Shown here in pieces: positions 1 through 11,013 of a stretch of 64,000 nucleotides of DNA. The stretch lies in IMG/VR virus record IMGVR_UViG_3300027659_000017, positions 33,956-97,955 of that record; one strand, written 5' to 3'. The first letter of the stretch is position 1; each line of letters starts with the position of its first letter. The notes beneath the pieces are model-generated. The model was not told where the DNA came from. It saw only the letters and a list, made by a program, of their open reading frames with translations, and ran no database searches. This stretch comes from a virus. The position numbers and the translations under genes were made by a program.

Positions 1-1
1 T

Positions 2-3000
2 GGTCAAAGAATAACATCAGAGATTGGTTTGTACGAAGAAGACATCTGTAAGTATAGAGAGATTGTACAGGATCCTTGTTTGAATTTTGATAAAAGATAT
101 CTTATCTCTGGTGCTTCTAGAGAAAAAGAAGATTGTACTTGGCAGGTATACTGGGTAGATGCATTTAATCCAGATAGATTTTTAAATGTTGGTGACCCAC
201 AGACATGGCCAGATGCAAGTTACAACTGGGTAGGTGGTGGAGCAAATAGTATGAACTATTATTCAAATGGTAGTGATAGTACATTTCTATGGCCGGGTGT
301 TAATTGGAATAAAAACATAACAGTAATTAACGACTGTGATTTTGTTACTAATACAAATACATTAAATTGTGATCATATAAGACTTGCTAGGTTAATGGAG
401 ACACCATGTCTTAATTTGACTTTAGGACAATCTGGTGGGACCATGGCCAATGGTACTTATTTTGCAATGATTGCATATTGTATCAAAGGCCAGAAAGTAA
501 CTGACTGGTTTTCCCAAAGTAATTTTCAGTTTATATACAATGTCAATGATTTGTCAGGTTCATTAACACTTGAGGTTAATGCTGATTCAGAAAACTTTGA
601 TGAGTTTATTTTAGCAATTGTTGAAGCTACTAACCAACAGACAGTTGCTTCTCAAATGGGATTCTATTCTACTAAGACTACAAGAATTGCAATTGATCAA
701 ATTAACATTGCTACAGTTAAAATTCCATTAGAGCAGTTACCTATTACTACACCGGTATATGAAACATCAGATCAGATGACTGATGTAAATGGATATCTAT
801 TGAGAGTTGGTCCTAGATCAAAATTTGACTTTAACTATCAACCACTTGCCAATATGATCAGAGCAAAATGGGCAAGTGTAGAATACCCAGCTGATTATTA
901 TATGAAGGGTGGGAATAAAACAAACTATCTGAGAGACGAAGTATATACATTTTACATCAGATGGGTATATGATACTGGAGATAAGTCTGCATCATATCAT
1001 ATTCCAGGTAGAGCACCTAGAAGTTTTAATGTACCTGGTATAGGTTCTAGATTTGAAACAGAGGCTTTAATAGATCCAAATGCTTTAACTATAGATGATC
1101 AAGTATTTGAAGTTTACAATACGGCTTCTATTACCCCGGGAGGATTAACTGGTACAACTACTGATGATGGAGGTACTGTAATTGCAGTAGGGGATATGGG
1201 TTACTGGCAGTCTTCTGAAAGATATCCTGACAACAGACCTGACATTTGGAATCCAAGTGAATATTGTTGGACGGGTGCTGCAGCACAAAATGGTTCTTTT
1301 GATTTATGTGGTAAGAATATCAGACATCATAAGTTTCCAGAAAACTTTATTGCTAATAGTACTTCTACAGATGCAGTACACTTTAGACCAAATGCAAACA
1401 TCCCGACCAATGGTCAAGATTTTGCAATCAGGTTAATGGGTGTATACTTTGAAAACATTACTCTTCCAAAAGATCAACAAGGTAAAGACATCCCTGGTAT
1501 TGTGGGTTATGAAATTCTAAGAGGTTCTAGAGAAGGTAACAAAACTATTGTAGCAAAAGGTATGGTCAACAACTTCCGTACTTTCCAATTAAGAGGAAAG
1601 CTGGCACAAGGAAGAACTGGACTTTATGCTAACTACCCATACAACACAATTGTACCAATTGGAAGTTCTACAGATCCTGATGACCACAACTACTTGTATA
1701 ATGATCCTTACATAAAGAATGAGGACTCAGATAACAATGTGGTTAATCAATCTATACCGTCAGATATCTTTACATTCCATTCCCCGGATACAATGTTCCG
1801 TACACCTTATTTATCTACTACAGAATTTAAGTCTTATGGAATCTTGAGTGGATATGCTGACTTAGAATTCCAGGAACCAAATGGTCATCCTAATTGGAAA
1901 TTGTTAGCAAATGCTGTTGTATTTCCTATGATTGTAGGTGGAGTTGCTGAAGCTATTATTTCTATGTTAGGTAAGAGAACAGTCAATACTCCAAAAGTTT
2001 TAAGTTATACAGAACAATATAGAGGTCTTGCTGGAGTTGGTCCAATTATTTTTGCATCAGGTTCTAGTACTATTCAGAGTTCAACAGCACAAAATACAGC
2101 ACTAGGTTTAATTGGAACAGCAGCAACTGCATACAATACTTTTGTAAATAACTATTACAATGGTCCTGCAACACTTGATGTTGGTTTAATGTTGGCTTTG
2201 GGATATTCAGGTACATTATATGAAGGTGCACTATCAAACTACGTTAATGTAGTAAATACTAATGCTAATTCAGCAGGTATTCCAAAAATTGCAAAATTAG
2301 AAGGCTCATTTGAATTTCCAAAATGGGCATATTTAGATCCAGTAACAAGACTACTTGGTGCAGCAAATCAAATAGCATATTACTTTGCAGAAGGAGCAGA
2401 CATTGCACTAAAAGTGTTTTATGCAATAACACCATATAGACAATATGCTCTACAACAAGTAAGTCATGGGTTCTATGGTAATATGTTTCCAACTTCAGCT
2501 AATGCTCTAAAAAGATTTGACATAGATGATAGTTTTTATATCCGTGATAATATACAAGAGGTGAGTAAATACCAAGATGTAGTTTCCGGAGTATACCGTA
2601 CCTATTCAATCAATAATTTAAAGAGATCAGATGCTGTAGTAGTAAGAACTAAATCCGGACCATATTATAATCCAGCATATCCAACAGGTGTTAATATAGG
2701 TCCTAATCTTATTACATCTGGTATGAGAGATGTTTCTTTGATTACACTTGGTGGGGTAGTTCAATATGATTCAAGTGCGGCATTTTTAACAAATGATCTT
2801 CCAACATTTGATGATGACAAAAAAGATATACCATTCAGTTTATCAATTGCAAGTCATTACGGTGGGTTAAAGACACGAGTAAGAAATCAATATGGACAGG
2901 TAGGAAGTGAAAATGAAATTGTAATTACTACATGTGAGCAAAGATTAAAAGACTATACTTTAGCTGAGACTTCATGGACATGTCCTATTGATTCAATATT

Positions 3001-5146
3001 CTATGAATCTAAAGTAATCATCAGAACTCCATTAGTATTTGGGGGAGATACTTATATCAATAGATATACAGAAAAGAATAATATGATGTTCTTCTATGAC
3101 TGGTTGTATGGACAGCCTGATGGATTTGAATACAACTATTATTTAAGAAGCATGATTCCTCAAGCAAGATTTAAAGCAAATAGTATTGCATATGATACTG
3201 GCTACTTGTCTGAGGTATTTAATTTTGGATCACCATCTATACCTGGTACCGGTGCATTCCCTGGAGCTTTTTATAATTTGGATTACTATGTTAATAGCAA
3301 TAGGTTCTATAATTATACAAATGATGTTTCAGAAGGTAACTGGATTGGTGACAGGTACAGAGGTTTGTGGTCTGTAAAGGAAGCATATTTCTATCTTGCT
3401 AATTCTGGTATCAGAGATTTCTTTGTTGAATCTGAAGTTCTAGTTGACTTTAGAAAACAAAGTATATACGAAGGAGGAAAACATTATGATCCGTATAGAT
3501 ATACGGACTATGTTGCAATGTTTAACATGAATCCAGACGTTATGGGAAAATTGAGTGAGTACATTTATGATTACTCACTTAGTGTATCTAAACTTTACAA
3601 CCAGTATTTTTCTGCGGGAAGTACTCAAGGTAAGTACTATGATCCTAATGTAGCCAAGTTATGTTACACATACTATCCAGATAGAATTATCTATTCATTG
3701 CCTCAACAATATGAAGCAATAAAAGATAGCTGGTTCATTTACTTAATCAATAACTACAAGGAATTCAAAGGACAAATCTCTGGAGTAAAGGCAATCAACA
3801 AAAGTGGTATATTCATTACTTTCAAAAATGAAAGTCCTTTGATGTATCAGGGTGTAGATACACTTGAAACAGATTTGAATACTAAGATTACTATTGGTGA
3901 TGGAGGATTATTCTCACAACCACAACAAGCAGTAATTAATGCTGACCGTGCATATGAATATGGTTCTTCTCAAAATAGATTGTCTGTAATATCTACTCCG
4001 GTAGGTATATTCTACATGTCTCAAAATCAAGGAAGGATATTCTCGTATGGTAGTAATCTGGATGAGATTTCTCAGGCCGGATTGAAATGGTGGTTCATCT
4101 TGTACATGCCTTATAGGCTTACACAAGACTTCCCAGACTATCCTTGGAAAGATAATCCAGTAGCAGGTATTGGATGTCAAGCAACCTATGACAGCACAAG
4201 TACCATTTTATACTTTAGTAAGAAAGATTATCACTTAAGGGATGAGTATAAAGGACGTGTGACTTATCAGCCTATGACGGCAAATGGTTCAGGAGATTAC
4301 TTTATACTTGATGGTCATAAAAACTTGAGATATAACTTGGGAGATCCTCTTATATTTGAGGATGCATCATGGACTATTAGTTATGACCCTAAGAATCAGT
4401 ATTGGATTAGTTTCCATGACTGGCATCCGGATCTAGTTATTCCTACTAAAGATATATTTATCAGTTCTAAGAAGAATACTCTGTGGAAACATAACTATAT
4501 CTGTGATGGCTACTGTAACTATTATGGTGTACAGTATGGCTTTGAACTTGAATTCCCAGTTGTATCCGGTCAAACAGTAATGACTGCTAGATCTATAGAA
4601 TACATATTAGAGTGCTATCGTAGAAATGGTAATAGTTGTATTGACCAGCACCATGTGTTGGATTACAACTTTGACCAGGCTGTGATATACAACTCTGAAC
4701 AAGTATCCGGCTACCTTAACTTGAATCTATATCCTAAGAATGATATAAACCAGTCATTGCAATATCCTAAACTAAACGGGAACCTGAGCTCATATGACAT
4801 CCTTTTCTCTAAAGAAGAAAACAAGTATAGGTTTAACCAGTTCTGGGATATAACAAAGAACAGAGATGAATTCCCTATTGGTTCAAACTATCCACCAACG
4901 GGACCAGTAATTCCAGGAACGACAATACTACAAGGTTCGTACTCTTCTGAGAATACTTGGATCACATCTCAAGATGGTTTTACACGTATACTAAATCCTA
5001 ACAATATGGATTACGGGAAACCTGAATTAGAAAGAAAGAAGTTTAGACATTACTTAAATTTCATAAATTTAAGGAGAGATAAGTGTGACAATGTAAACAT
5101 GATTCTTAAAATGTCAAGTAGTAAAAATCAATTTTCTCCTAGATAA
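2..5146 (+). CDS. Large virion tail protein, crAss-like tail stabilisation/muzzle-type (5'-truncated)
   Basis: The frame is open back to the window edge (GQRITSEIGLY...), so the TTG at 29 is probably not the real start. Aromatic/beta-rich protein of >1700 aa. The C-terminal WTISYDP...WISFHDWHP...LWKHN...CNYYG segment resembles crAss-like stabilisation proteins, and the gene lies upstream of cargo/vRNAP genes. Confidence 0.6.
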   Translation, partial: GQRITSEIGLYEEDICKYREIVQDPCLNFDKRYLISGASREKEDCTWQVYWVDAFNPDRFLNVGDPQTWPDASYNWVGGGANSMNYYSNGSDSTFLWPGVNWNKNITVINDCDFVTNTNTLNCDHIRLARLMETPCLNLTLGQSGGTMANGTYFAMIAYCIKGQKVTDWFSQSNFQFIYNVNDLSGSLTLEVNADSENFDEFILAIVEATNQQTVASQMGFYSTKTTRIAIDQINIATVKIPLEQLPITTPVYETSDQMTDVNGYLLRVGPRSKFDFNYQPLANMIRAKWASVEYPADYYMKGGNKTNYLRDEVYTFYIRWVYDTGDKSASYHIPGRAPRSFNVPGIGSRFETEALIDPNALTIDDQVFEVYNTASITPGGLTGTTTDDGGTVIAVGDMGYWQSSERYPDNRPDIWNPSEYCWTGAAAQNGSFDLCGKNIRHHKFPENFIANSTSTDAVHFRPNANIPTNGQDFAIRLMGVYFENITLPKDQQGKDIPGIVGYEILRGSREGNKTIVAKGMVNNFRTFQLRGKLAQGRTGLYANYPYNTIVPIGSSTDPDDHNYLYNDPYIKNEDSDNNVVNQSIPSDIFTFHSPDTMFRTPYLSTTEFKSYGILSGYADLEFQEPNGHPNWKLLANAVVFPMIVGGVAEAIISMLGKRTVNTPKVLSYTEQYRGLAGVGPIIFASGSSTIQSSTAQNTALGLIGTAATAYNTFVNNYYNGPATLDVGLMLALGYSGTLYEGALSNYVNVVNTNANSAGIPKIAKLEGSFEFPKWAYLDPVTRLLGAANQIAYYFAEGADIALKVFYAITPYRQYALQQVSHGFYGNMFPTSANALKRFDIDDSFYIRDNIQEVSKYQDVVSGVYRTYSINNLKRSDAVVVRTKSGPYYNPAYPTGVNIGPNLITSGMRDVSLITLGGVVQYDSSAAFLTNDLPTFDDDKKDIPFSLSIASHYGGLKTRVRNQYGQVGSENEIVITTCEQRLKDYTLAETSWTCPIDSIFYESKVIIRTPLVFGGDTYINRYTEKNNMMFFYDWLYGQPDGFEYNYYLRSMIPQARFKANSIAYDTGYLSEVFNFGSPSIPGTGAFPGAFYNLDYYVNSNRFYNYTNDVSEGNWIGDRYRGLWSVKEAYFYLANSGIRDFFVESEVLVDFRKQSIYEGGKHYDPYRYTDYVAMFNMNPDVMGKLSEYIYDYSLSVSKLYNQYFSAGSTQGKYYDPNVAKLCYTYYPDRIIYSLPQQYEAIKDSWFIYLINNYKEFKGQISGVKAINKSGIFITFKNESPLMYQGVDTLETDLNTKITIGDGGLFSQPQQAVINADRAYEYGSSQNRLSVISTPVGIFYMSQNQGRIFSYGSNLDEISQAGLKWWFILYMPYRLTQDFPDYPWKDNPVAGIGCQATYDSTSTILYFSKKDYHLRDEYKGRVTYQPMTANGSGDYFILDGHKNLRYNLGDPLIFEDASWTISYDPKNQYWISFHDWHPDLVIPTKDIFISSKKNTLWKHNYICDGYCNYYGVQYGFELEFPVVSGQTVMTARSIEYILECYRRNGNSCIDQHHVLDYNFDQAVIYNSEQVSGYLNLNLYPKNDINQSLQYPKLNGNLSSYDILFSKEENKYRFNQFWDITKNRDEFPIGSNYPPTGPVIPGTTILQGSYSSENTWITSQDGFTRILNPNNMDYGKPELERKKFRHYLNFINLRRDKCDNVNMILKMSSSKNQFSPR

Positions 5147-8100
5147 TGTATAATAAAAAAGTTCTTATTGATGCTCTCAAAACTCTGGGTACACCTTCTA
5201 CACCTAAGAAGTATAACTTCAATGATGGAGGTGCAAAAAATACTGGATTAAATGAGGTACCATACAAACAAGTTAGTGTTAAGCCATCAAATGTTGCAGG
5301 TAAAGGTTTGTTTGCAGATGAGCCAATTAAGGCCGGAGAAATAATTGGTCTTTCTCATATCAAATCTTTTTATGAAAGAGGTGGTCAGAATTATATGAAG
5401 AGTCAAGAGACACCGGTTGTAGGTAAGTATTATAATCACTCTGATGATGCATTTAATGCTGGTTCTATTATTGAAGGTAACAAAAGATATTTAAGAGCTC
5501 TCAGAGATATTGAAGCTGGAGAAGAGATACTTGGTAATTACCGTGAAGATGATGATCCTTCATTGGAAAGTCCAGATGATTTTAAGAGAGGTGGTTCTTT
5601 ACCAAGAATGCCTAGAAAGAAAAACTCCAGAGGGTATTCTAGAAGTTTAGAAGCTACAAATAAGTTCTTTACTGAAAATGCATTCTTTGCCAAACCTAAG
5701 TCAAGAAAGAATAAAGTATATGATCCTAATTCAAAATACTATAGAAAAGGAGGAGCTTCTTCTCCAGAAGAATGGGAACAAGAAATTAGAGCTATAGAAA
5801 GTCAAATAGGAAATCCTAAAAACTGGACTCTAGAGGATCGTAATCTTTTACAAGATAAACTTAATGCTTATAAAAACTGGAGAGAAACAACTCCAGAAGG
5901 ACAAGCTGTTAAAGATTCTCATAATGTACCAGGTGAGTATGAGGCTTTTATACCTGAGCATTTAAACGGAGCTCCTTATAATACATCAGGTCCAAGATAC
6001 ATAGAAGAATCTATGGAACAATATCCTGTTGGTAGTGCACCAAAAGTATATGGGAATGAGCCGGAAGATTATCAAAGATTTTTAGATTACAATCAAACAG
6101 CTCCTGAAAACAGAAGAGGTTATGAAGAGTATAGATATGGAGATCCAAATTCATATGATCACTATGGTATGTGGGATGCTCTTGGTAAACCAAAAGATTT
6201 TCAAGAAGCTCTTCAAATGAATCCTGATTGGACACCAGATGAATATGATGGATCATATCATGGATTCAGTGTTAATCCTAACACAGGTGTGTTTCTTAAA
6301 TCTGGTAAACCTGGATTAAAACCTGGAGATACTACCTGGATGGAAATAGCTGGACATTATCTTAGCCCTAGAGCAGATATAGACACACCAGTATTTGATC
6401 CAGAGATAGGTAGATTTAAATATGTTCCTAATGAAGAATATATTGAAACAAAACTTTCACCAGAAGACATAGACAAGTACGTAAAAGGAGGTTATATTGT
6501 TGAAGACATTTCTGTACCTAAACTTACTAAAGCTAGAACTGGTTTAGAAGTTATTAAAACAGCTTTACCTTTTCTTAAAAAAACTGCACCAACTATGTTA
6601 GATTTAAAAAATCTTCCAGTTGGTTTTAATCCATCTGAACTTTCATTTCCATTATTAATTAATGGTTCAAGTGGTTTTATACATACTGCACCTAACAGAA
6701 AACTTAATGATAATCTTTTTCATTTTGCAGCTAGCATGAAAAACCCATTGGAAGCAGGAAGAGCATTCAATATAATCAATCAAGCTTTTCCGTTTGCCAA
6801 TCCCTCAATATTAGAACCAGCTAGTTTAAGTCTTGACTCTTTGAATCTTTTATTAAACATGGGTCAGAAACGTGATTGGGATATGAGGTATGCTGATCAT
6901 CATATTCCATTAAACTTCTTTTCTGAACATAATGATTTATTTGGTGATCTTGGTAGTACTAGAAGTGCACTACATCAAGCAATAGGTTCACAGTCTAAAA
7001 AAACTGGTAATGAAATGGTAGATAGACTGAATGCATATCTAAATGGAAGAGGGATACAACAGAAAGCATATCTACAATCACATGCTCCAGGATTAAGACA
7101 AATCATGATTCCTAACTTTCAACTAACTAGAAAATATGCTAAAGGAGGAACTAAGAATAATCCACCTGTATTAGGATCTTTACTTAAAGCTGTTACAAGA
7201 TCTAACTATAATCCATTAAGTATACCTATTAAGTTAGCTGGTGAAAAAATTGCTAGAATAGGTCCTTTACCTTATAGAACAAAAGATGAAATAATAAAAA
7301 GTTTAACAGGTAAAATGGAACCGGCTTATTTTGGGCAAACTGGTATTTATGGTTCAGATTCATCATTATTTTGGAATGACCCAGATGGTCCATTAATGAA
7401 GGATATATATGGTCTAGGTAAAAGAGATTTAATAGCTAACTATTTTAGAGGTATTGATACAGGATTCAAACCAATTGAATATGACTTTAATAATGATCCT
7501 GGTCTACAAGCTGCCATAAAACAGTATGGTCCTTTAAAAGCTTATGAACTTTTATCTCAACAAGCTCATGGTGAACCATTAGAAGATGGTCGTATTGGTT
7601 ATGCATTACGTGTGCATAATGATGCTATGAAAAAGTATGGTTTTGATCCAGCTTTGTTTATTAAATATAATGATTGGGACTTTCATAAATTTAATCCTCT
7701 TGGATCTCCAGAATTTATAAAACAAAGTTATCATGATTTGTTTGATAGATATGGACAAGAAACTATTCCAATTGAAATTCAATCTGATGCTTCAAAAGGA
7801 AATCCTGAATTTATGATGGCAGGCAATCCAGTAACTCCAGCAGATAATATTGGAGGTCATATGGGTTTCTTACAAAGAACACCTGAGGAAGAATTTAATT
7901 TTACCACAAGAGATTTGTGGGGATTCAGACCAGAAGCATACAATAGCAAATGGAATATGGATACCAAAATGAAACAAGGCCAAACACAATTGATGGATGC
8001 TTTTGGTAAACCCTTTGTTCTTACACAGACTAATCCTATTCAATTTAACACATATAAGAACTTTAAGAAGAAGTTCTTTAAGAAGGGTGGTGCTAAGACT

Positions 8101-11013
8101 AATCCACCACTTCTTGGTAATATGGCTAAGGCTATACAAAGAGGATACAGCCCTAACTTAGTAAAGTCAATATTTGAGTTAAGTCAGAATGGTCAGAACT
8201 TGCAAGCATTAAATTATCTAAAAAATAATTACCTACGAAATATGGGTTCTTTAATGGATCTACCTGGAGCTGTGCAAGGTTCTACATTAGACTTACCACA
8301 ACTTAATGCACAACAGATAGAAGCATTACTGCATCAGAAACCTATGTTAGAAAGTGATTTTCTAACTCAATACAGTGGGTATAATCCTATACAATATGAT
8401 GGAGGTTTACCAATTGTTACTGGGGGATTGACAGGTCATAAAACTTCATTCCAAAACTTTGACAGAAACTTTAGAGGAACAGGTTTTGGTAATCAAACGG
8501 GTGGTGTATATTTTACTACACAACCAACTGTTGCTGCTGAGAATGCTCAAATTAGTAGTATGGGTGGCTATGGATTTAATCCTAATACACCAACATTTAC
8601 ACCTCATATTTCAGAAGCTATATTTAAAAATCCTGATAAATTTTTACAGTATAATGCACCCATAACAGAAGAATTGGCTAAATCTATTGGAATGATTAAT
8701 GGCATAGATCCAAGAAATAGTGACACATTAGGACAGCTTGAAATTGATCTGAGAAAAAGTTTTTCAAAAACTGATGATTATAGTGATTATGATTTTGCTA
8801 TGAAATCAGCTGCTGATGCTTTAAGAGAAAAAGGAATTGCAGGTTATTTTGATCCAAGTGGTCGTATCCAAGAAATAGTGGCTTTTGATGAAGGTGATGT
8901 AAATAAAATAAAACAGTTTGAACTTTACAAAGATCTTGATGATGCTTTGATTATGGGATATCTGAAAGCAATTTCTAAAACTCCATCAACACAAACTGAT
9001 GCAGAGAAAAAATTGGTTGCTGCATTTGAAGAGTATCTGAAAACTGGTAACAAACAACAACTAATAGATAGAAAGAAAGGTGGTGCACTACCACCATCTC
9101 TATTGAAGACTCTCAAAGGAGTTAGTAAATTGACTCCAGGTAATGCTTTAAGATCTACATTGTACTCTGCTGTTAATCCAGCTAGTTATAACATTCTAAA
9201 AAAAATAAAGGCTGCACCTCTTGAGCTATACAATAACATGATGTACAATGATACTCGTCCCTTTAGAGTAGGTATGAGTTTAAAACATGGGGCTCCTGAA
9301 TTAAGAGACAACATGTTAGAACATGTTCGTATGGATTTAAACCAGTGGAATAAAACTTCATTGGCAGATCAAATGGCTGCAATAAAAAATGCATATGGTA
9401 GCAAGCATTTGAACACATTAGAAGATATTGGAAGAAGAAGATTAGATTCCTGGGCTGTAGGTTTGAAAAGACCACAGGAGCATAATACTTTAGAACAAGT
9501 GGGTGACAATACATTTAGAATGGTTGACACAGAATATACTCCTATGTACTTAAATGAACTTTACAATGATCTATTAGCTACAAAAATTGAATCTGATCCT
9601 ATGGCCAACGGCTTTGGTTCTGTTGTTGATGATGGACAATTCAGTCCACTAGAACAACTTAGTAGAGATCAGTTTAGAGTTAAGACACAATATTTTGCTT
9701 CTAATCCAGCAACAGTTCCGTACAGATTATCAGAAAAAGATAAGATAGGATATCCAAATTGGAATAGAACAAGACATGCACAAGTTGATCCTATGGGTCT
9801 TTTATCTAAGATGACTACAGGTACGGTATATGACAATGACCGTTATGGAGTAATGGGTGGTTACAATTGGAAAATTAATGAACATCCAGAAGGAATGGTT
9901 TTTCAAACCAATGACCTATGGGATTTAAATCCGTTTGAAAAAAGAATAGATCCTATGTTAAATACTGATGCTCTTAAAAATAAGTATCTAAACATGCACT
10001 ATTACAAACCATTCCAAAACTTTGAAGCACTTCGTGCAGTGGGTGGTAAACCATTTAACATACAGAACAATTTCTTGGTAGATCCTGATTCATTTAATGT
10101 ACTAAGACAATGGGCAGAAGGTGGACCATTAAAAGGGGGTCCAGAAGAACCTATAACAGATTGTCCAGAAGGCTACACATATGATCCAGATAAATTGGGT
10201 TGTGTACCAATGTCAAGTGATGTACAAGATCCTGCTCAACAACATATTTCCAACTGGTGGATGAATAGAGAAATAAAATGGCCTGAGAATAATAAAGATT
10301 ATCAAAACAATATGGAACAGATTCTTCCTACATCAAATCCAAATTCTCCTGTTATAGAGCAATTAAACAATTGGCCGGGTTATGTTTATACTGATAATTT
10401 ACCAAGACCAGATGCTGGAGGTACATATGACACTTCAAAAAAAGAACCAAGAATATTTGTAAGGAAAAGTTTTAGTCCTGAAATGAGATTGCAAACTGAA
10501 ATACATGAAGGAACTTCACATGCCAATGCTCCAGTAGCAGATCAATTATTTGATATGCATAATAGGATTATGAAACAAAATCTTATTCCAATAAATAAAG
10601 ATTGGTCACCAGCACAAAAAGATTTTTACAATTATGTGACAGCACCAGATGAAGATAACTACCACTCTTATCTTATGAATGCCAGAAAGATATTTAATGT
10701 AGATCCTAAACAAGTTGTAACTGAATCTGATATAAATAAATGGAGACAACAAGCTGAAGAAAGTGGAATGATGGATAGAGAGAGTCCTAACTTTAATGAA
10801 GAGATTTACATTTTATTTAAATTCGCAAAAGATCCAGCATCATTGACCAATATATTTAATTACATGGCAGAAAATAAAAATGAATCTGCTGAAGAAGGTC
10901 CACAGTATACTAAAGATGGTGGTAGTATTGACTACGAATTAGGTGACACAGTAGATAAAGCTACTATGGAAAAATTAAAAGAATTAGGTTATACCTTTGA
11001 ACAAATTAAGTGA
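5146..11013 (+). CDS. Modular polyvalent virion-associated protein (SET domain, ART-like domain, two DxW(D/G)xxP/GKPF modules, zincin-like domain; xKGG linkers)
   Basis: 1955-aa ORF with TAATG overlap to the upstream gene. SET motifs GKGLFA...YNHS...RDIEAGEEILGNY; ART-PolyVal-like GH..F..F....GTG....GGVYFT...EIVAF; HEGTSH. Confidence 0.75.
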   Translation: MYNKKVLIDALKTLGTPSTPKKYNFNDGGAKNTGLNEVPYKQVSVKPSNVAGKGLFADEPIKAGEIIGLSHIKSFYERGGQNYMKSQETPVVGKYYNHSDDAFNAGSIIEGNKRYLRALRDIEAGEEILGNYREDDDPSLESPDDFKRGGSLPRMPRKKNSRGYSRSLEATNKFFTENAFFAKPKSRKNKVYDPNSKYYRKGGASSPEEWEQEIRAIESQIGNPKNWTLEDRNLLQDKLNAYKNWRETTPEGQAVKDSHNVPGEYEAFIPEHLNGAPYNTSGPRYIEESMEQYPVGSAPKVYGNEPEDYQRFLDYNQTAPENRRGYEEYRYGDPNSYDHYGMWDALGKPKDFQEALQMNPDWTPDEYDGSYHGFSVNPNTGVFLKSGKPGLKPGDTTWMEIAGHYLSPRADIDTPVFDPEIGRFKYVPNEEYIETKLSPEDIDKYVKGGYIVEDISVPKLTKARTGLEVIKTALPFLKKTAPTMLDLKNLPVGFNPSELSFPLLINGSSGFIHTAPNRKLNDNLFHFAASMKNPLEAGRAFNIINQAFPFANPSILEPASLSLDSLNLLLNMGQKRDWDMRYADHHIPLNFFSEHNDLFGDLGSTRSALHQAIGSQSKKTGNEMVDRLNAYLNGRGIQQKAYLQSHAPGLRQIMIPNFQLTRKYAKGGTKNNPPVLGSLLKAVTRSNYNPLSIPIKLAGEKIARIGPLPYRTKDEIIKSLTGKMEPAYFGQTGIYGSDSSLFWNDPDGPLMKDIYGLGKRDLIANYFRGIDTGFKPIEYDFNNDPGLQAAIKQYGPLKAYELLSQQAHGEPLEDGRIGYALRVHNDAMKKYGFDPALFIKYNDWDFHKFNPLGSPEFIKQSYHDLFDRYGQETIPIEIQSDASKGNPEFMMAGNPVTPADNIGGHMGFLQRTPEEEFNFTTRDLWGFRPEAYNSKWNMDTKMKQGQTQLMDAFGKPFVLTQTNPIQFNTYKNFKKKFFKKGGAKTNPPLLGNMAKAIQRGYSPNLVKSIFELSQNGQNLQALNYLKNNYLRNMGSLMDLPGAVQGSTLDLPQLNAQQIEALLHQKPMLESDFLTQYSGYNPIQYDGGLPIVTGGLTGHKTSFQNFDRNFRGTGFGNQTGGVYFTTQPTVAAENAQISSMGGYGFNPNTPTFTPHISEAIFKNPDKFLQYNAPITEELAKSIGMINGIDPRNSDTLGQLEIDLRKSFSKTDDYSDYDFAMKSAADALREKGIAGYFDPSGRIQEIVAFDEGDVNKIKQFELYKDLDDALIMGYLKAISKTPSTQTDAEKKLVAAFEEYLKTGNKQQLIDRKKGGALPPSLLKTLKGVSKLTPGNALRSTLYSAVNPASYNILKKIKAAPLELYNNMMYNDTRPFRVGMSLKHGAPELRDNMLEHVRMDLNQWNKTSLADQMAAIKNAYGSKHLNTLEDIGRRRLDSWAVGLKRPQEHNTLEQVGDNTFRMVDTEYTPMYLNELYNDLLATKIESDPMANGFGSVVDDGQFSPLEQLSRDQFRVKTQYFASNPATVPYRLSEKDKIGYPNWNRTRHAQVDPMGLLSKMTTGTVYDNDRYGVMGGYNWKINEHPEGMVFQTNDLWDLNPFEKRIDPMLNTDALKNKYLNMHYYKPFQNFEALRAVGGKPFNIQNNFLVDPDSFNVLRQWAEGGPLKGGPEEPITDCPEGYTYDPDKLGCVPMSSDVQDPAQQHISNWWMNREIKWPENNKDYQNNMEQILPTSNPNSPVIEQLNNWPGYVYTDNLPRPDAGGTYDTSKKEPRIFVRKSFSPEMRLQTEIHEGTSHANAPVADQLFDMHNRIMKQNLIPINKDWSPAQKDFYNYVTAPDEDNYHSYLMNARKIFNVDPKQVVTESDINKWRQQAEESGMMDRESPNFNEEIYILFKFAKDPASLTNIFNYMAENKNESAEEGPQYTKDGGSIDYELGDTVDKATMEKLKELGYTFEQIK
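5272..5547 (+). other. SET (lysine methyltransferase) domain within CDS 5146..11013
   Basis: VKPSNVAGKGLFADEPIKAGEII (motif I), GKYYNHS (NHS motif) and LRALRDIEAGEEILGNY (GEEL..Y motif) match the canonical SET signature. Confidence 0.85.

Noticed and set aside
29-31. TTG start for the first ORF
   Set aside because: The frame stays open to the window edge, so the gene most likely starts upstream.
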